NCBI RefSeq assembly: GCF_006345805.1
Contig: NC_043003.1
Span: 104,718,001 to 104,782,000 of the forward strand
DNA length: 64,000 bases
Direction: 5' to 3'
DNA from: Octopus sinensis
Lineage: Eukaryota
Both the position numbers and the translations under genes were made by a program. A model generated the notes under the pieces. The model saw only the letters and a program-made list of their open reading frames with translations. It was not told the DNA's origin and did not search any database. How positions within the stretch are numbered: the stretch's first letter is position 1; every line of letters starts with the position of its first letter. Shown here one piece after another: positions 12,430 through 25,674 of the stretch.

Positions 12430-12980
12430 ATGAACAACAAAGTACAAATGTGTTGAGTGAAAAACTGGGCATCAGAGAAGTCAAATGTGGTGTGCCAGAA
12501 AGAACACTGTGCTGGTATGGATATGTGATGTGTAGGGATGAGGAGAGCTGTATAAAGAACTAGCAGTATCGCCCGGCGTTGCTCGGGTTTGTAAGGGAAA
12601 TAACTATATAAGCATTTTTAGAGATGTAAAGTATAATAGCCATCTCAATATGGCTAACCACAAAGGGGGGGGGGTTACTGTAGCTTTTTACGTTCTGAGA
12701 TTTAATAATACATTTTTAGAGAGTTACTTCCCTTATATATGCCAAATATGCATTAAAATGGGAAAAATTGATGGTAAATTTTTTTTTAAATCGTAGACTC
12801 ATCGTAGACACGCGCTAATACCCAGAAGGACTCGATATGAATCACGACTATAAGATACCCGGTTTTGGTTAAACTGCACTGGGAGTAGTTAGGAATCTAA
12901 ATCGTAGGAGACAGACAGCACACAACCTTACTTTTATATATAAAGATTGTCAATCGCTTAATGTGAAGGGAACATGTGGA
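12430..12980 (+). mobile_element. Old RTE C-terminal fragment split by a Helitron
   Basis: Removing 12560-12946 gives EKLGIREVKCGVPERTLCWYGYVMCRDEESCIKNCQSLNVKGTCG, homologous to 18608-18799. Confidence 0.75.
12560..12946 (-). mobile_element. Non-autonomous Helitron
   Basis: Minus strand starts TCTTTATATATAAAAG and ends with hairpin CCCGAGCAACGCCGGG then CTAG. Inserted between A and T, no TSD. Confidence 0.85.
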
Positions 12981-13182
12981 ATTTGTTGCCATAACAGCAA
13001 ACATGGCCATATCTGTTTTTGAGACAATTTCTTAACATTCAGATTCTTTCTCCACAGTTGAAGTAAGAATACAGTTTCAAAGCATCTTTCAGCTCTTTTC
13101 TAAGTTAATTGTTTAACTCAAGTCCTTCATTATTGAGTTCAGAAGTTGATTTTGCTTTATTTGGTATTGCTTAGATTTTCAT

Positions 13183-13570
13183 CTTTTACTCTTTTACTTG
13201 TTTCAGTCATTTGACTGCGGCCATGCTGGAGCACCGCCTTTAGTTGAGCAAATCGACCCCGGGACTTATTCTTTGTAAGCCCAGTATTTATTCTATCGGT
13301 CTCTTTTTGCCGAACCGCTAAGTGACGGGGACGTAAACACACCAGCATCGGTTGTCAAGCAATGCTAGGGGGACAAACAGACACACACATACATATATAT
13401 ATATACATATATACGACGGGCTTCTTTCGGTTTCCGTCTACCAAATCCACTCACAAGGCATTGGTCGGCCCGGGGCTATAGTAGAAGACACTTGCCCAAG
13501 ATACCACGCAGTGGGACTGAACCTGGAACCATGTGGTTGGTTAGCAAGCTACTTACCACACAGCCACTCC
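13183..13570 (-). mobile_element. SINE family B, young copy
   Basis: High identity to 15424-15830 and 25261-25674. Confidence 0.9.
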
Positions 13571-14038
13571 TTTTTTGTAGCATCTTTCATTTTTTTTTTT
13601 TTGGTATAAAGTCACTGAATTTTAGATAAGAGAACATTTCAAGCTTCTATCTTTGATATTTCCTCAATATATCAATGAATGTTCAAATCCCTGTTATTTG
13701 CATAAGGAATTTATTTTCATCTGGTTTAAATGGGAAGCCATTTTACTGTATTCAGATCTTTGTTTTGAAAATATTGGTAAAAAACACAGTTCTTTAACTT
13801 GCTTTTGAGTAGAGAATTTTCTCTTTGTAAGCTGTTTTTTTTATTTGTTTTCCTTTTTCAGCATTTGGTGTATTCTCTTAAGGGTTCAATATGTATTGCT
13901 GTACTCTCAATATGCTCTGAGTGAATTCATTGAGATGTGACAGTGACATCTAAGGTGTGTATGCAAGGAGTTGCAGATAAGAAAGTTGATCTTGATTTTG
14001 GAAAGGCAGGAAGATGGAAAATGTGGAAATATTTTTCA

Positions 14039-14701
14039 GTGGCCGATGCCAGCACCACCTTGACTGGCTTCTGTGCTGGTTGCACGTAAAAAGCACCAAC
14101 CGATCGTGGCCGCTGCCAGCTTCCCCTGGCACCTGTGCTGGTGGCACGTAAAAAGCACCAACCGATCGTGGCCACTGCCAGCTTCCCCTGGCACCTGTGC
14201 TGGTGGCATGTAAAAAGCACCAAACGATCGTGGCCGCTGCCAGCTTCCCCTGGCACCTGTGCTGGTGGCACGTAAAAAGCACCAACCGATCGTGGCCACT
14301 GCCAGCTTCCCCTGGCACCTGTGCTGGTGGCACGTAAAAAGCACCAACCGATCGTGGCCACTGCCAGCTTCCCCTGGCACCTGTGCTGGTGGCACGGAAA
14401 AAGCACCAACCGATCGTGACCGCTGCCAGCTTCCCCTGGCACCTGTGCTGGTGGCACGTAAAAAGCACCAACCGATCGTGGCCGCTGCCAGCTTCCCCTG
14501 GCACCTGTACTGGTGGCACGTAAAAAGCACCCACTACACTCACGGAGTGGTTGGCGTTAGGAAGGGCATCCAGCTGTAGAAACACTGCCAGGTCAGACTG
14601 GAGCCTGGTGCAGCCTTCTGGCTTCCCAGACCCCGGTCGAACCGTGCAACCCGTGCTAGCATGGAAAACGGACATTAAACGATGATGATGATGATGATGA
14701 T
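14039..14701 (+). mobile_element. RTE 3'UTR fragment with seven tandem 62-bp units
   Basis: CGATCG recurs at 14101, 14163, 14225, 14287, 14349, 14411, 14473. Ends in the RTE terminal block + (GAT)n. Confidence 0.92.
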
Positions 14702-15423
14702 GGATGAGAATATTGCAGGGGGGATGAAGACAGTAAATTGCTGAGAATGATGGAAAGAGAACCAGTGATGGATGCTGCGAAGAGAAATGGTATGCGCTGT
14801 CTTGATCATATGTTGAGGTTGAAAATGACTAGGTAGATGTTGGTATCAAAAGGGTCAAAATGTTTGTTGTGCTCTTACTGTACTTAACAGCTGTTGTCAC
14901 TCCCTATTGTTTTTCAGCGACTGCACTAGAATTCCTTTTCCTTTTCTTTTTTTCTTCAGTTTCTTCCTATTTTATTAGCTTTGAAAAGTAAATTCTACCT
15001 CCGCAGCGAAACACAGCAAGGTATTTCGTTCAGATGATAGAATGAATTTTGGTATTTTACTGCTGTTTATTTCAATGATTTATGATTTATGAAATCCAAG
15101 TTAAACTAAGAATATAGACAGATGGAACTAAATACTGTCATTCAGAGTGATGATTTATGAATCACACTGCAAATATTATAATTTAAATTTTGAAAGAACA
15201 TCATCATCATCATTGCCATTGTCTTAATATTCACTTCTGATGCTTGCATGAGTCGGATAGAATTTTTATTCAGTGGTAATATTTATCCCCACTTAAGCAT
15301 GGAGGTTCTGTTAAAACAAACAATACTTTGGTAGTTACCATGAGAGACACACTCATATTAGTTTTTGGTGCAAAATGTACTCTTGTTTATATCAATATAT
15401 AAACAATATCAATATATAAACAA

Positions 15424-15830
15424 GGCATAGGAGTGGCTGTGTGGTAAGTAGCTTGCTAACCAACCACATGGTTCCGGGTTCAGTCCCACAGCGTGGCATC
15501 TTGGGCAAGTGTCTTCTGCTATAGCCCCGGGCCGACCAATGCCTTGTGAGTGGATTTGGTAGACGGAAACTGAAAGAAGCCTGTCGTATATATGTATATA
15601 TATATATATATATGTGTGTGTTTTTGTGTGCCTGTGTTTGTCCCCCTAGCATTGCTTGACAACCGATGCTGGTGTGTTTACATCCCCGTCACTTAGTGGT
15701 TCGGCAAAAGAGACCGATAGAATAAGTACTGGGCTTACAAAGAATAAGTCCCGGGGTCGATTTGCTCGATTAAAGGCGGTGCTCCAGCATGGCCGCAGTC
15801 AAATGACTGAAACAAATAAAAGAGTAAAAT
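15424..15830 (+). mobile_element. SINE family B, young copy
   Basis: Same head, body and tail as 3903-4286. Confidence 0.9.
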
Positions 15831-16194
15831 ATATAATGAGTTCGTTTTGCATCAAAAGCCAATATGAAAGTTTCTCTCGTGGTATCTACCAAAGTATTGT
15901 TTGTTCTAATAGAACATCCATGTTTCAGTGAGGATAAGTATTAACTCTCTGTATTAATACTAGCTCTGTTGCTAATAAATATTTTTTTAACAAGTTTTTA
16001 TCGAGGCAGATTTTCTATGGCCAGATGACCTTCCTAGTGTTAACCCTAAGCTGTTTCCAAGTAAGATATGACCAGACATGTCTGTTACTGGAAATGCACA
16101 ACATCGCTTATATGATAGTGATACTAATTTACAATTATCACACAATATAAAGATAAGCAAACAGAAACACACATTCACACATTCACACACGCAC

Positions 16195-16706
16195 TCTCTG
16201 TAATTAAGATCATTCTGCCGACCTCCCTGAATAGGGAAGTGCGAGCCTGTTTTCTCTCGGTAGTTGCTATGGCGAAAGAAGTAGTATGGAAGATGAGAGT
16301 GGAAGGAATTGCAACAGGCATGTTCATCTCCAGTCTCAAGCTAATCGACTTTTTCGTTTTCCACATGAAACGGAAAATAAGGCTGGAGAAGAAATGCCTG
16401 TGGCAAAGTGTGTTTCGTAAAAGATTGAAGTCTATAGCAAGTATGTTGCGAGCGAAAGAACCTGTTTAAACGAGAATATAAAAAAGTAGAAAGCAAAGTC
16501 TTCAGTGTGAGTATGTGGTTTGTGGGGTCAACCGTGTCCTCCGCTTCATTTTTTTGTTAGTTACGCATTCTCATTTAATTGTATATATTTTAATTGTTTG
16601 TTTATTCATACGTTTCGTCTCATTCGATACCCTGACCCCAATGTTTGTTTTGTCTGTCCTCTTATCGTCCCCTCTTTTTCTCAACCTTATGGTGAATAAA
16701 GAAATA
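16195..16706 (+). mobile_element. 3' fragment of a second Tx1/L1-type LINE
   Basis: ORF 16239-16469 (VVAMAKEVVWKMR...LIDFFVFHMKRKIRLEK) aligns by eye with the C-terminus of the 54781-58813 element (LVAMMKECVWWT...LINFFKYHLKRKVRIER). Ends in AATAAAGAAAT before a (CT)n tract. Confidence 0.75.
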
Positions 16707-17544
16707 CTCTCTCTCTTTCTCTCTCTCTCACACACACACATACATACACATATCATAAATGTATGTAATGTGATTCTTTCAGTTTCCACTACCAAATCCA
16801 CTCTCAAAGTTTTGGTCAAGGTTTCACATTAGTTAAATTGAACTTGAGAGTATATGGTTGGAAAGCAAACTTTCTTTACACCTGCACCTATAAGATTAAT
16901 TATTAATTGGCTTTTCAGAATTAAAAGTATCTATTAGAAAAGGGCATGCCTTGATATTTCTAATGAACGATACATGCACTTAGGCTTTTTCATCAGTAAT
17001 CCAAGATAATCACTGGTATTCGTTTTACTCTCTTTAAAATCTAATCATGTCCCAGCAATAGTTGAACTTTTAAGTAATTAAATTTAATTGTTTTACGTCA
17101 CACTTAATTATGTTATTGTAGCAGCAGATGTTATTGCTGACTTATGAGCTATTGTCAGTAATAGCTACTTTATCATAAGTCAACCAGCTTTGTTCCCTTG
17201 TTTTTATGGTTCTTATATAATCTGATTAATGAAGTGACTGGTTCATTCCAGCTCTTGACTTCTTTTCTCACGTACTCTGAATGTTGTAACAGCCATACAT
17301 TGTTACTCTTCTCTGCTTATTATTCTCTTAATGGGTATCAGGTGGAGATGAGATTCTGTTGGTAGATTATTAGTTTGATGGTAGTTTGCTGGTTTAGGTG
17401 ATGAACTGCCAGCCAAGTAGAAGATCATTGTTCTTCTAGCAGACTAAATTGTTTGTGCTAATTGAAAATGTAACCCATGACTACATATCAGTTTTGGTTG
17501 CAGAATATACATATCTCTTGATCAACAGAACAATCACCTGTTGA

Positions 17545-17690
17545 TTGGGTCACCTGTGATCTCATCTACCTGATATAACAGTACTGCAGCTGGCAAAAAT
17601 GACAAGTATCAAGTCCATGATTATGAAACACCAGATTGGATGGTCTGGTCATCTTGTCCGTTTAGAGGACAACTGCATACCAAAACCTTG
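17545..17690 (+). mobile_element. Short fragment of the same second RTE family
   Basis: Near-identical to the reverse complement of about 21975-22105 ([25 protein letters not shown]). Confidence 0.75.
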
Positions 17691-17981
17691 TGCAGCGGAG
17701 TGCGAGGGTCAGCCAGTGGACTCCTTTGGCATTGTGGGTCCCAGTGTCCAGGTGGTCAGGCTACTGCTGAAAGGTGGTGGGGGCTGAGTTGTGGTTGGTG
17801 TTGAATGTCTTGTAGGTCCCTTGCAGGCCTTAGGAATCATATGAGTTGTTATCAAGGATTGGGAGACCAAACTTAGGATGTTTCTTAGAGTGAAATGGAT
17901 GTAGGAAATCACCTTAGTCACAAGTCAACTTCCATTACACACATATATGTATGTATATGTGTGTGTATATATGTATACATG

Positions 17982-20900
17982 CATCATCATCATCATCATT
18001 TTACGTCCGCTTTCTATGCTGGCATGGGTTGGATGGTTTAACTGAGGACTGGTGAGCCTGAGGCTGCACCAGGCTCAATCTAATCTGGCAAAGTTTCTAC
18101 AACTGGATGCCCTTCCTAACACCAACCACTCCAAGATTGTAGTGGGTGGTTTTACGTGCCACCGGCATGAGGGCCAGTCAAATGGTTCTGGCAACAACCA
18201 CACTTGAATATTGTTTTTCACGTGCCACCAGCACATGCTGGTAAAGCGACACTGGCAACAATCACACTCGAATGGTGCTTTTCATGTGTCACCAGCACAG
18301 GAGCTAATCCATGGCCCTGACAACGATCATGCTTGGATGTGCTTTTAACGTTCCACTGGCATGAGTGCCAATCAGGTGGTACTGTCTTCAGCCACGTCAG
18401 CAATTTTGATTTTGATTTCACTTGCCTCAATGTCTTCACAAGCAAAGTTTATTGTCCAATGAATGAGGGGTATTCATAAATTGGCTGGTTATGCAGCACT
18501 GGCATAGGCCATGAGCTATAGTCTCACTTGGCTTTTCAGGTCTTCTCAAGCACAGCATATCTCCAAAGGTCCTGATCACTACTCATTGCCTTGGTAAGGC
18601 CCAATGTTCAAAGGTCGTGCTTCACCACCTCATCCCAGGTCTTCCTGGGTCTATCTCTTCCACAGGTTCCCTCAACCACTAGGGTGTGACACTTATTCAC
18701 ACAGCTATCCTCATCCATTCTCGCCACATGACCATTCCAGCGCAGTCGTCTCTCTTGCACACCACATCTGATGCTTCTTAGGTCCAACTTTTCTCTCAAG
18801 GTACTTACACTCTGTCATGTATGCACACTGACGTTACACATCCATCGGAGCATACTGGCTTCATTTCTTGCGAGCTTACGCATATCCTCAGCAGTCACAG
18901 CCCATGTTTCACTGCCGTGTAGCATGGCTGTTTGCACACATGCATCATACAGTCTACCTTTTACTCTGAGTGAGAGGCCCTTTGTCACCAGCAGAGGTAG
19001 GAGCTCTCCGAACTTTGCCCAGGCTATTCTTTCAGAACATCCATCCCTGCTACTGACTTGGACCCCTAGATAACGGGAGCTATCAACTACCTCTAGTTTT
19101 TCTCCCTGGTATGTGACAGAAGCTGTTCTCTGCACATTTGCAGTGTTTATCGCTCCTGAGCATCTGCCACATACAAAAACTATCTTCCCAGTTGACCTCC
19201 CTTTGATATTGCTGCACCTCTTATGTGTCCATAGCTTAAACTTGGTATATCTTATAGAGTTTCTACCTACACCTTTTCTACAGATCGAGCAGGGCCATCT
19301 ACCTGAAGGGATTTGTGATTTGTCTACCTTCCTACTTATTAGGACTTTGGTTTTGGCTAGGTTGACTCTAAGGCCCTTCGATTCTAATCCTTGTTTCCAC
19401 ACCTGAAACTTCTCCAGTTCTGATAGTGACTCAGCAATTAGAGCAAGGTCATCAGCATAGGGGAGCTCCCAGGGGCATCTTATCTTGAATTCCTCTGTTA
19501 TTGCCTGGAGGACTGTGATAAATAGGAGGGGGCTGAGGTCTGAACCTTGGTGGACCCCAACCTCTACCTTGAATTCTTCAGTCTACTCGTTGCCAACCTT
19601 CACCTTACTAGCAGCGTCCCTGTACATGGCTCGCACAGCTCTCACTAACCATTCATCTATCCCTTGTTTCCTCATTGCCCACCAGATAAGGGATCGGGGG
19701 ACCTGTCGAAGGCTTTCTCCATATCAACGAAAGCCAGGTACAGAGGTGTATCTTTGGCTAGGTATTTCTCCTGCAGCTGTCTTACCAGGAATATAGTGGT
19801 GCTTTTCCCTGGCACAAACCCAAACTGCATCTCATCTAAACTGACTCTCTCTCTAATTAGTTGGGCTATGACCCTTTCCGTGACCTTCATTACTTGATAC
19901 CTCTGTAATTATTTGTATCTAAAGCGTCACCTTTACCTTTATAGCAGTTGACTATGGTGCTGCTACACCAGTCATTGGGTATGACTCCTTCGTGTATCAC
20001 CTGGTTAACTATACAGGTGACTAGGCTATAACCGCCACTACCAGATATTTTGAGCATCTCTGCAGTGATTCCTGATGGACCAGGGCTTTCCCTATCTTCA
20101 TACCCTTAATTGCTTTATCTACCAAGGTACTGTCAACTCGGATAGCTGGTCCCTCTGTTGGGTCGACATTCGGCAGACTTTCTTTCTCCCATTCATTCTC
20201 TTTATTAAGCAACCTTCCATAGTGGCGTCTCCAAACCTCTCTCTTTGCATCCTCATTTAATGTTTAATGCAAGTGAGCCATCATCCATGCGGACACATTT
20301 CTCTCCTATGACATCACAATTCTCTCTTACACACTGTCTTGCAACACAAAATACCTCAAGTCTTTGGTCCTCACAGCGCAGAACGATGCCAAATTTTTCT
20401 TATGTGCTTTCTCTCTGGCTAAACAAAGCCGTCACCTAGCTTCCCTTCTGGCAGTCTGATACAATTCCCTGCTACCTCCTTTCTTCCAGTCCTTCCAAGC
20501 CTATTTCTTTTCCCTAATTGTCCTGTCTACAACATTGTTCCCCCACCACGTTACCTTGGGACTTGGCACCATCAACAGATCTGGTCAGTGGCCCTCATCA
20601 GGTTGTCCCATAGAAACCTCCAGTTGTCTTCCACATCATATGATGCTATATCCCCTTCTATTTTGTCAAACGCTTCGAGAAATATATCTCTAAATCTCTG
20701 TCTACTCGCAGGATCTTTAAGCTTCCAGACCCTTCTCCTCCATGCTGATCGTCTTCTGGGCATCCATTTAACCCTGATCCCGAAGTCGCTAACTACTAGT
20801 GTATGTTGTGGGGTACATTCTTTGCCTGGAAAGGTTTTGGCATTTATAAGCAGCCATCTATCCCTTTTTCTGGCGAGGATGTAGTCAATTTGGTTAGTGT

Positions 20901-21400
20901 GTCTGCCAGATCGATAGGTGACTAGGTGACTGGAAGGTGTCCTGAAGTTAGTGTTGGGTCCCTCCTCATTGCGGGAACCAAAACCATAACCTCCATGTAT
21001 GCCATTGAAGCTCCCTGCATGTTGTCCAACATGTCCATTGAAGTCACCAGCCACAAAGAGAGGGTCCCTGTCAGTCGTCAATGAAGTAGTCTGCAAGAGG
21101 GTGTCACAAAATCGGTCTTTCTGTCCATCATGTAGCTCCAGCTGAGGGGCATAGGCTGAGATAATGGTAGCTAACTCATGCTGTACCACTAATCTAATCT
21201 TAAGTATTCTATCGCGTACTCTGACTACCTCGATTACCTTATCAATCCATTTCTCCGTAAGAAGTATACCTACACCCCACCCCCACCCCATAAGTATTCT
21301 CTGCCCAGAAAATCTTGTACCTGTGTTCTTTGCTTGTGAGGAACCTAGCAGAACCTCCTCTCTGCCTTACTTCTTGGAGACAGCACAAATCTACACATCT
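17982..21400 (-). mobile_element. RTE-clade LINE, near full length, decayed (APE + RT + PHD-like finger + about 600 bp 3'UTR + (GAT)n tail)
   Basis: APE motifs GVGILL, ISAYAPQ, VAGDFNGHVG, NQIDYIL (20572-21291). RT motifs QFGFVPGKSTT, AFVDMEKAFDR, GVHQGS, YADD. C-terminal RLRWNGHVARM...GRPRKTW-like segment (18608-18799). Many frameshifts. (CAT)n on + strand at 17983. Confidence 0.93.
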
Positions 21401-21539
21401 ATATATATATATATATATATCCTGGAGTAAGCACATAAATGTGAAACAAGTTGGAAAAAAGAGTACTCAAATACTGACGAATGGGAATGTGAAACTCCGA
21501 GTAACAGCTTTTGTTATATTTCTGCTGCTTTTAAATAAA

Positions 21540-21574
<35 letters not shown>

Positions 21575-21789
21575 TCCATCTTTACACACATACACATACA
21601 TACATGAATGTGTTCGTTCATTCATTCATTCATGTTTTGAAGGATCCCTGTTGACCAAATCAATAGGTTATGTCTACCTATGAGAAGCAGATGCAAGCAC
21701 ACCAGTTATATGAAAGAGACTCTTTTGTGCCCTTCACGGAAAGAAGGTTCACATCCTCCTATATATTTAACAGTACATTTCAGCTCAGT

Positions 21790-22520
21790 GTATACAACCC
21801 TGTTATTCTTGAATAGCAATCAGATTCTTCCACAGCTCCATATCTGATGCAAGATCTTCCCAGTTTTAGTAGAGATATTGATTTTTTTTTAAGTGTGTCT
21901 TTACGATTGTCTTTGTAATGTTTGCCTTGTTTGCACCAGGGACGTTTTCCTTGCTCCAGCTCGCCACATAGCACCTGTTTTGGTCTGTGGTTGTCCTCTA
22001 AACGGACAAGATGACCAGACCATCTAATCTGGTGTTTCATAATCATGGACTTGATACTTGTCATTTTTGCCTGCTGCAGTACTGTTGTGTAGGTTACATG
22101 GGATCTTCAGGATATTAAGCAAGCAGCACTGGTGGAATTGCTTGAGACGTTGGATATGCTTATGGTAGCTTGTCCAGGTCTTGCAGCCATGCAACAGTGT
22201 TGTTAAGACACATGCTTGGTAGACCTCAATTTACATTGCTGCTTTGATGTTCAGTTGCAACCAAAGCCTTAATTCAAGCTTTCCAAATGCATCACTGGCC
22301 TTGGAGAGTCTATAACTGACTTTATCAAGTGTATTCAATCTGGATGGTATGCTACCAAGGTAAACAAATATATCCATGACTTTTAACTGTTTACCTTGAC
22401 ATATATTGATGAGATAGTTTGCCTGGTGCTGGTTGTAACATCACTACAGTCATCTTAGGACTGATTTCAATTCTAAGCTCATCACACACAACTGGAAAGC
22501 AGTCCGTTAGGAGCTGTGTC
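21790..22520 (-). mobile_element. Second RTE family (RTE-1/BovB-like) C-terminal fragment
   Basis: [37 protein letters not shown] (21780-22064), with decayed RT sequence upstream. Confidence 0.8.
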
Positions 22521-25260
22521 TCACTATAGAGGAAATACATGGCTACCCTACATTATGTAAGAGTGGATGGGAGTAGCTGGAAGGAAGATAAAGATGATAG
22601 TGGTGGGATGCGGTTCGGCAGGGGGGCATGCTCTCAGATACAAGTGAAGAAAGGAAAGAATACCGATAAAGAACTGATGTGGGTAGGTGGATAAGTTCAT
22701 TAGAATGTGAGAGAAGAGTGATGGATAGTTATGGGGGGAGGCGATGGTGTAGAAGTGAAAGTAGTTCATGGAAATAGGGTGGATGTGTGATCATTGGTAA
22801 ATATCATTATGACAAGGGGAAGGCAACAGAATAGGAGTGGCTGAGGGAAGAGGAGGTAAGTGGCATTACAGGAAGGGAGGGGGGGAGAGAGAAAGACAGA
22901 GAGAGAGAGAGAGGGGGATGTACAGTGACTGAGGTGGCTGTCAGAAATATGTGGAAGGGGCTATGGTGAGTGGGGACTAAGGAAGAGAGAAAGGGGTTTT
23001 AATGGCCAATATAACTTGGTGATGAGAGCAGATAAGAAAAAAAATGATAAAGATGATGTAATGGCAGCCCTAAAATATATTTCAGAGGTACAGAAAGGGG
23101 TGATGGGTAGAAAATAAAGTGGGAAGGGATGAAATTGAGAATGAGGGATGGATTTTAAAATCCTGCTTACAGTGAAAAATCATTTCTTTTACTTCAATCA
23201 ATACAGGCCGTCCTGTATGTAATACATGTTAGGTTATCCTAGATGCTGTTCGTGGACTGCTTTTACTTATGAAACTTTAAGGAAGACAAGCTGCTGCTAG
23301 ATCGTTGGTGTGCTCTGAAAATGCTGAGATTCTGCCAAAGAAATACATAATTTTTTTTTATTTGTTTAACTGTTGTTAATCTGGCACTTTCAAGATTTGG
23401 GTTGGTTGGACTCTGTTTTACATTATTATTATTTTCTATGGTTGTTGTTATTGATATATTTATTTTATCTGTATTCTGTCATTCCTGTTGTGTTTCTAGG
23501 AATCTACATTTGGGGATGGTGGTGGAAATGGTGGTTGGTTGGTGACAGCAGGAAAGAGAGGAGAGAAGAACCGATTTGCCAATTTCCTTTTGGCAAACAG
23601 AATATGATATTGTAACATTGAGTTTTGGTTGTTTTTTAGATGGATGTTTAGCGGGAACAGTGATGGCAATGGAAAAACTGGTCATACAGGGGTGGTGGTG
23701 GTGGTGGAACTGGTCATAGTGGTGGTGTTGACAGGCGGGATTGGCTATGATGGTGGTGGTGATGGTGATGGGGAGACTAGCCATAGTAGTGGTGGGGAGA
23801 TTGGTTATAATGGTGATGATGGGGAAGATTGATCACAGTGGTGGTGGTGTGGAAGATTGGTCGTAACAGTGGTGGTCATGCTAATGAGGAAGCTGGTGGC
23901 GGTGAAAGTAGGAGTGGATCAAAAAGTATTTCATAGATATTACTAGAAGTATCTCTGTAGTGGCTGTCATGGGGAGATTTATGGGGATTTATTGTTTACT
24001 GTTAAATATTGAGTAGATTCATTTTTAAACTTGAACAAGTGGAGTGAAGTCTGGCTGGCATGTAAGTGGTTGCAGAGTGTGGGGGAAGAGTTTGTGAAAT
24101 GTAGGAAAAGAGTAGATTGTCTGGACTAAACTATTATATTTAGTTATCCATTTGTTTTTGCAAGATTCTTGATGTGAAATTGTGTGCTGAAACAGATTGT
24201 GTTATACTTGGGGACGATCATATTTTGCCACTTAAATTCATGCACTGCATATTTGGTCTTCAGTTCAGCTTTATTACTATTATTTTAGTTTCTTTGTCAA
24301 AACTCTTTTGTCACACCTCCTGTGACCTCTTTAACGACTCTCCATCCCATGTGTCTCCTCTTTTCTGCCTATTCTATTTTGTGATACCACAGCAATTCAA
24401 AATGGAATAAGCAGGACAAGAGGGGACATGTGAGATAAAGGATGCATGACGAAAGAGCTTAGACAAAGGACATCATCATCATCATCATTTAGCGTCCACT
24501 TTCCATGCTAGCATGGGCTGGACGGTTCAACTGGGGTCTGAGAAACCAGAAGGCTGCACCAGGCCCAGTCTGATCTGGCAATGTTTCTATGGCTGGATGC
24601 CCTTCCTAACGCCAACCACTCAGTGAGTGTAGTGGGTGACTTTTACGTGCCACTGGCACAGGTGCCAGATGGGGCTGGCAAACGGCCACTAAAATAAAAA
24701 TAATAATAAAACTGAAGTGAAGACCAAATATATAGTGTGTGTGTTTAATTGGCAAAATATGACCATCCTCAAGTATAATGATATCATATTAAAGGTTCTG
24801 TGAAATACAGGCAAGTAATAGAGTCTACAGCGAGATGCAACTCCTGATACCAACCATTTTACAGAGTATACTGGGTGCATTTTTTCGTGACACCAGTGTT
24901 AGTGAGGTTGCCAAATGACTTGCAAGACAAGATTACTCAACTGTGGTGAGACAAGGAAAATGTGAGGAAAAGTTCTTGCATATCTGGGGTGGAACAAGGG
25001 TCAGGTGGGTTTGGCTGGAAAATCACTTGGGGAAAAAAATTGCGTCTTTGATGATATAAAAATGTAAGAGCAATAACATATTGGTTTCAAATTTTGGCAC
25101 AAGGCCAGCAATTTTAGAAGAGGGGTAAGTTGATTACATCAACCTCACTTCTCAACTGGTACTTATTTTATCGACCCTGAAAGGATGAAAGGCAAAGTCA
25201 ACCTCTGTGGAATTTGGATTCAGAAGATAAAAATGGGACGAAATACCACTAATACCAATA

Positions 25261-25430
25261 GGCGCAGGAGTGGCTGTGTGGTAAGTAGCTTGCTAACCAA
25301 CCACATGGTTGCGGGTTCAGTCCCACTGCGTGGCATCTTGGGCAAGTGTCTTCTGCTATAGCCCCGGGCTGACCAATGCCTTGTGAGTGGATTTGGTAGA
25401 CGGAAACTGAAAGAAGCCTGTCGTATATAT

Positions 25431-25468
<38 letters not shown>

Positions 25469-25674
25469 ATTTGTGTGTCTGTGTTTGTCCCCCTAGCATT
25501 GCTTGACAACCGATGCTGGTGTGTTTATGTCCCCGTCACTTAGCGGTTCGGCAAAAGAGACCGATAGAATAAGTACTGGGCTTACAAAGAATAAGTCCCG
25601 GGATCGATTTGCTCGACTAAAGGCGGTGCTCCAGCATGGCCGCAGTCAAATGACTGAAACAAGTAAAAGAGTAA
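25261..25674 (+). mobile_element. SINE family B, young copy
   Basis: Same family. Interrupts the head of a minus-strand family C copy (25082-25250). Confidence 0.9.

Noticed and set aside
14088-14521. CRISPR-like array
   Set aside because: Units are contiguous 62-bp tandem repeats with no unique spacers, embedded in an RTE 3'UTR of a eukaryote, and no cas genes are present
13927-14675. Three overlapping long minus-strand ORFs (164-241 aa)
   Set aside because: Artefact of a stop-free 62-bp repeat cycling through all frames, antisense to the RTE UTR
17982-21400. Active autonomous RTE
   Set aside because: Multiple frameshifts and deletions, and the 5' end is lost at a (TA)n tract
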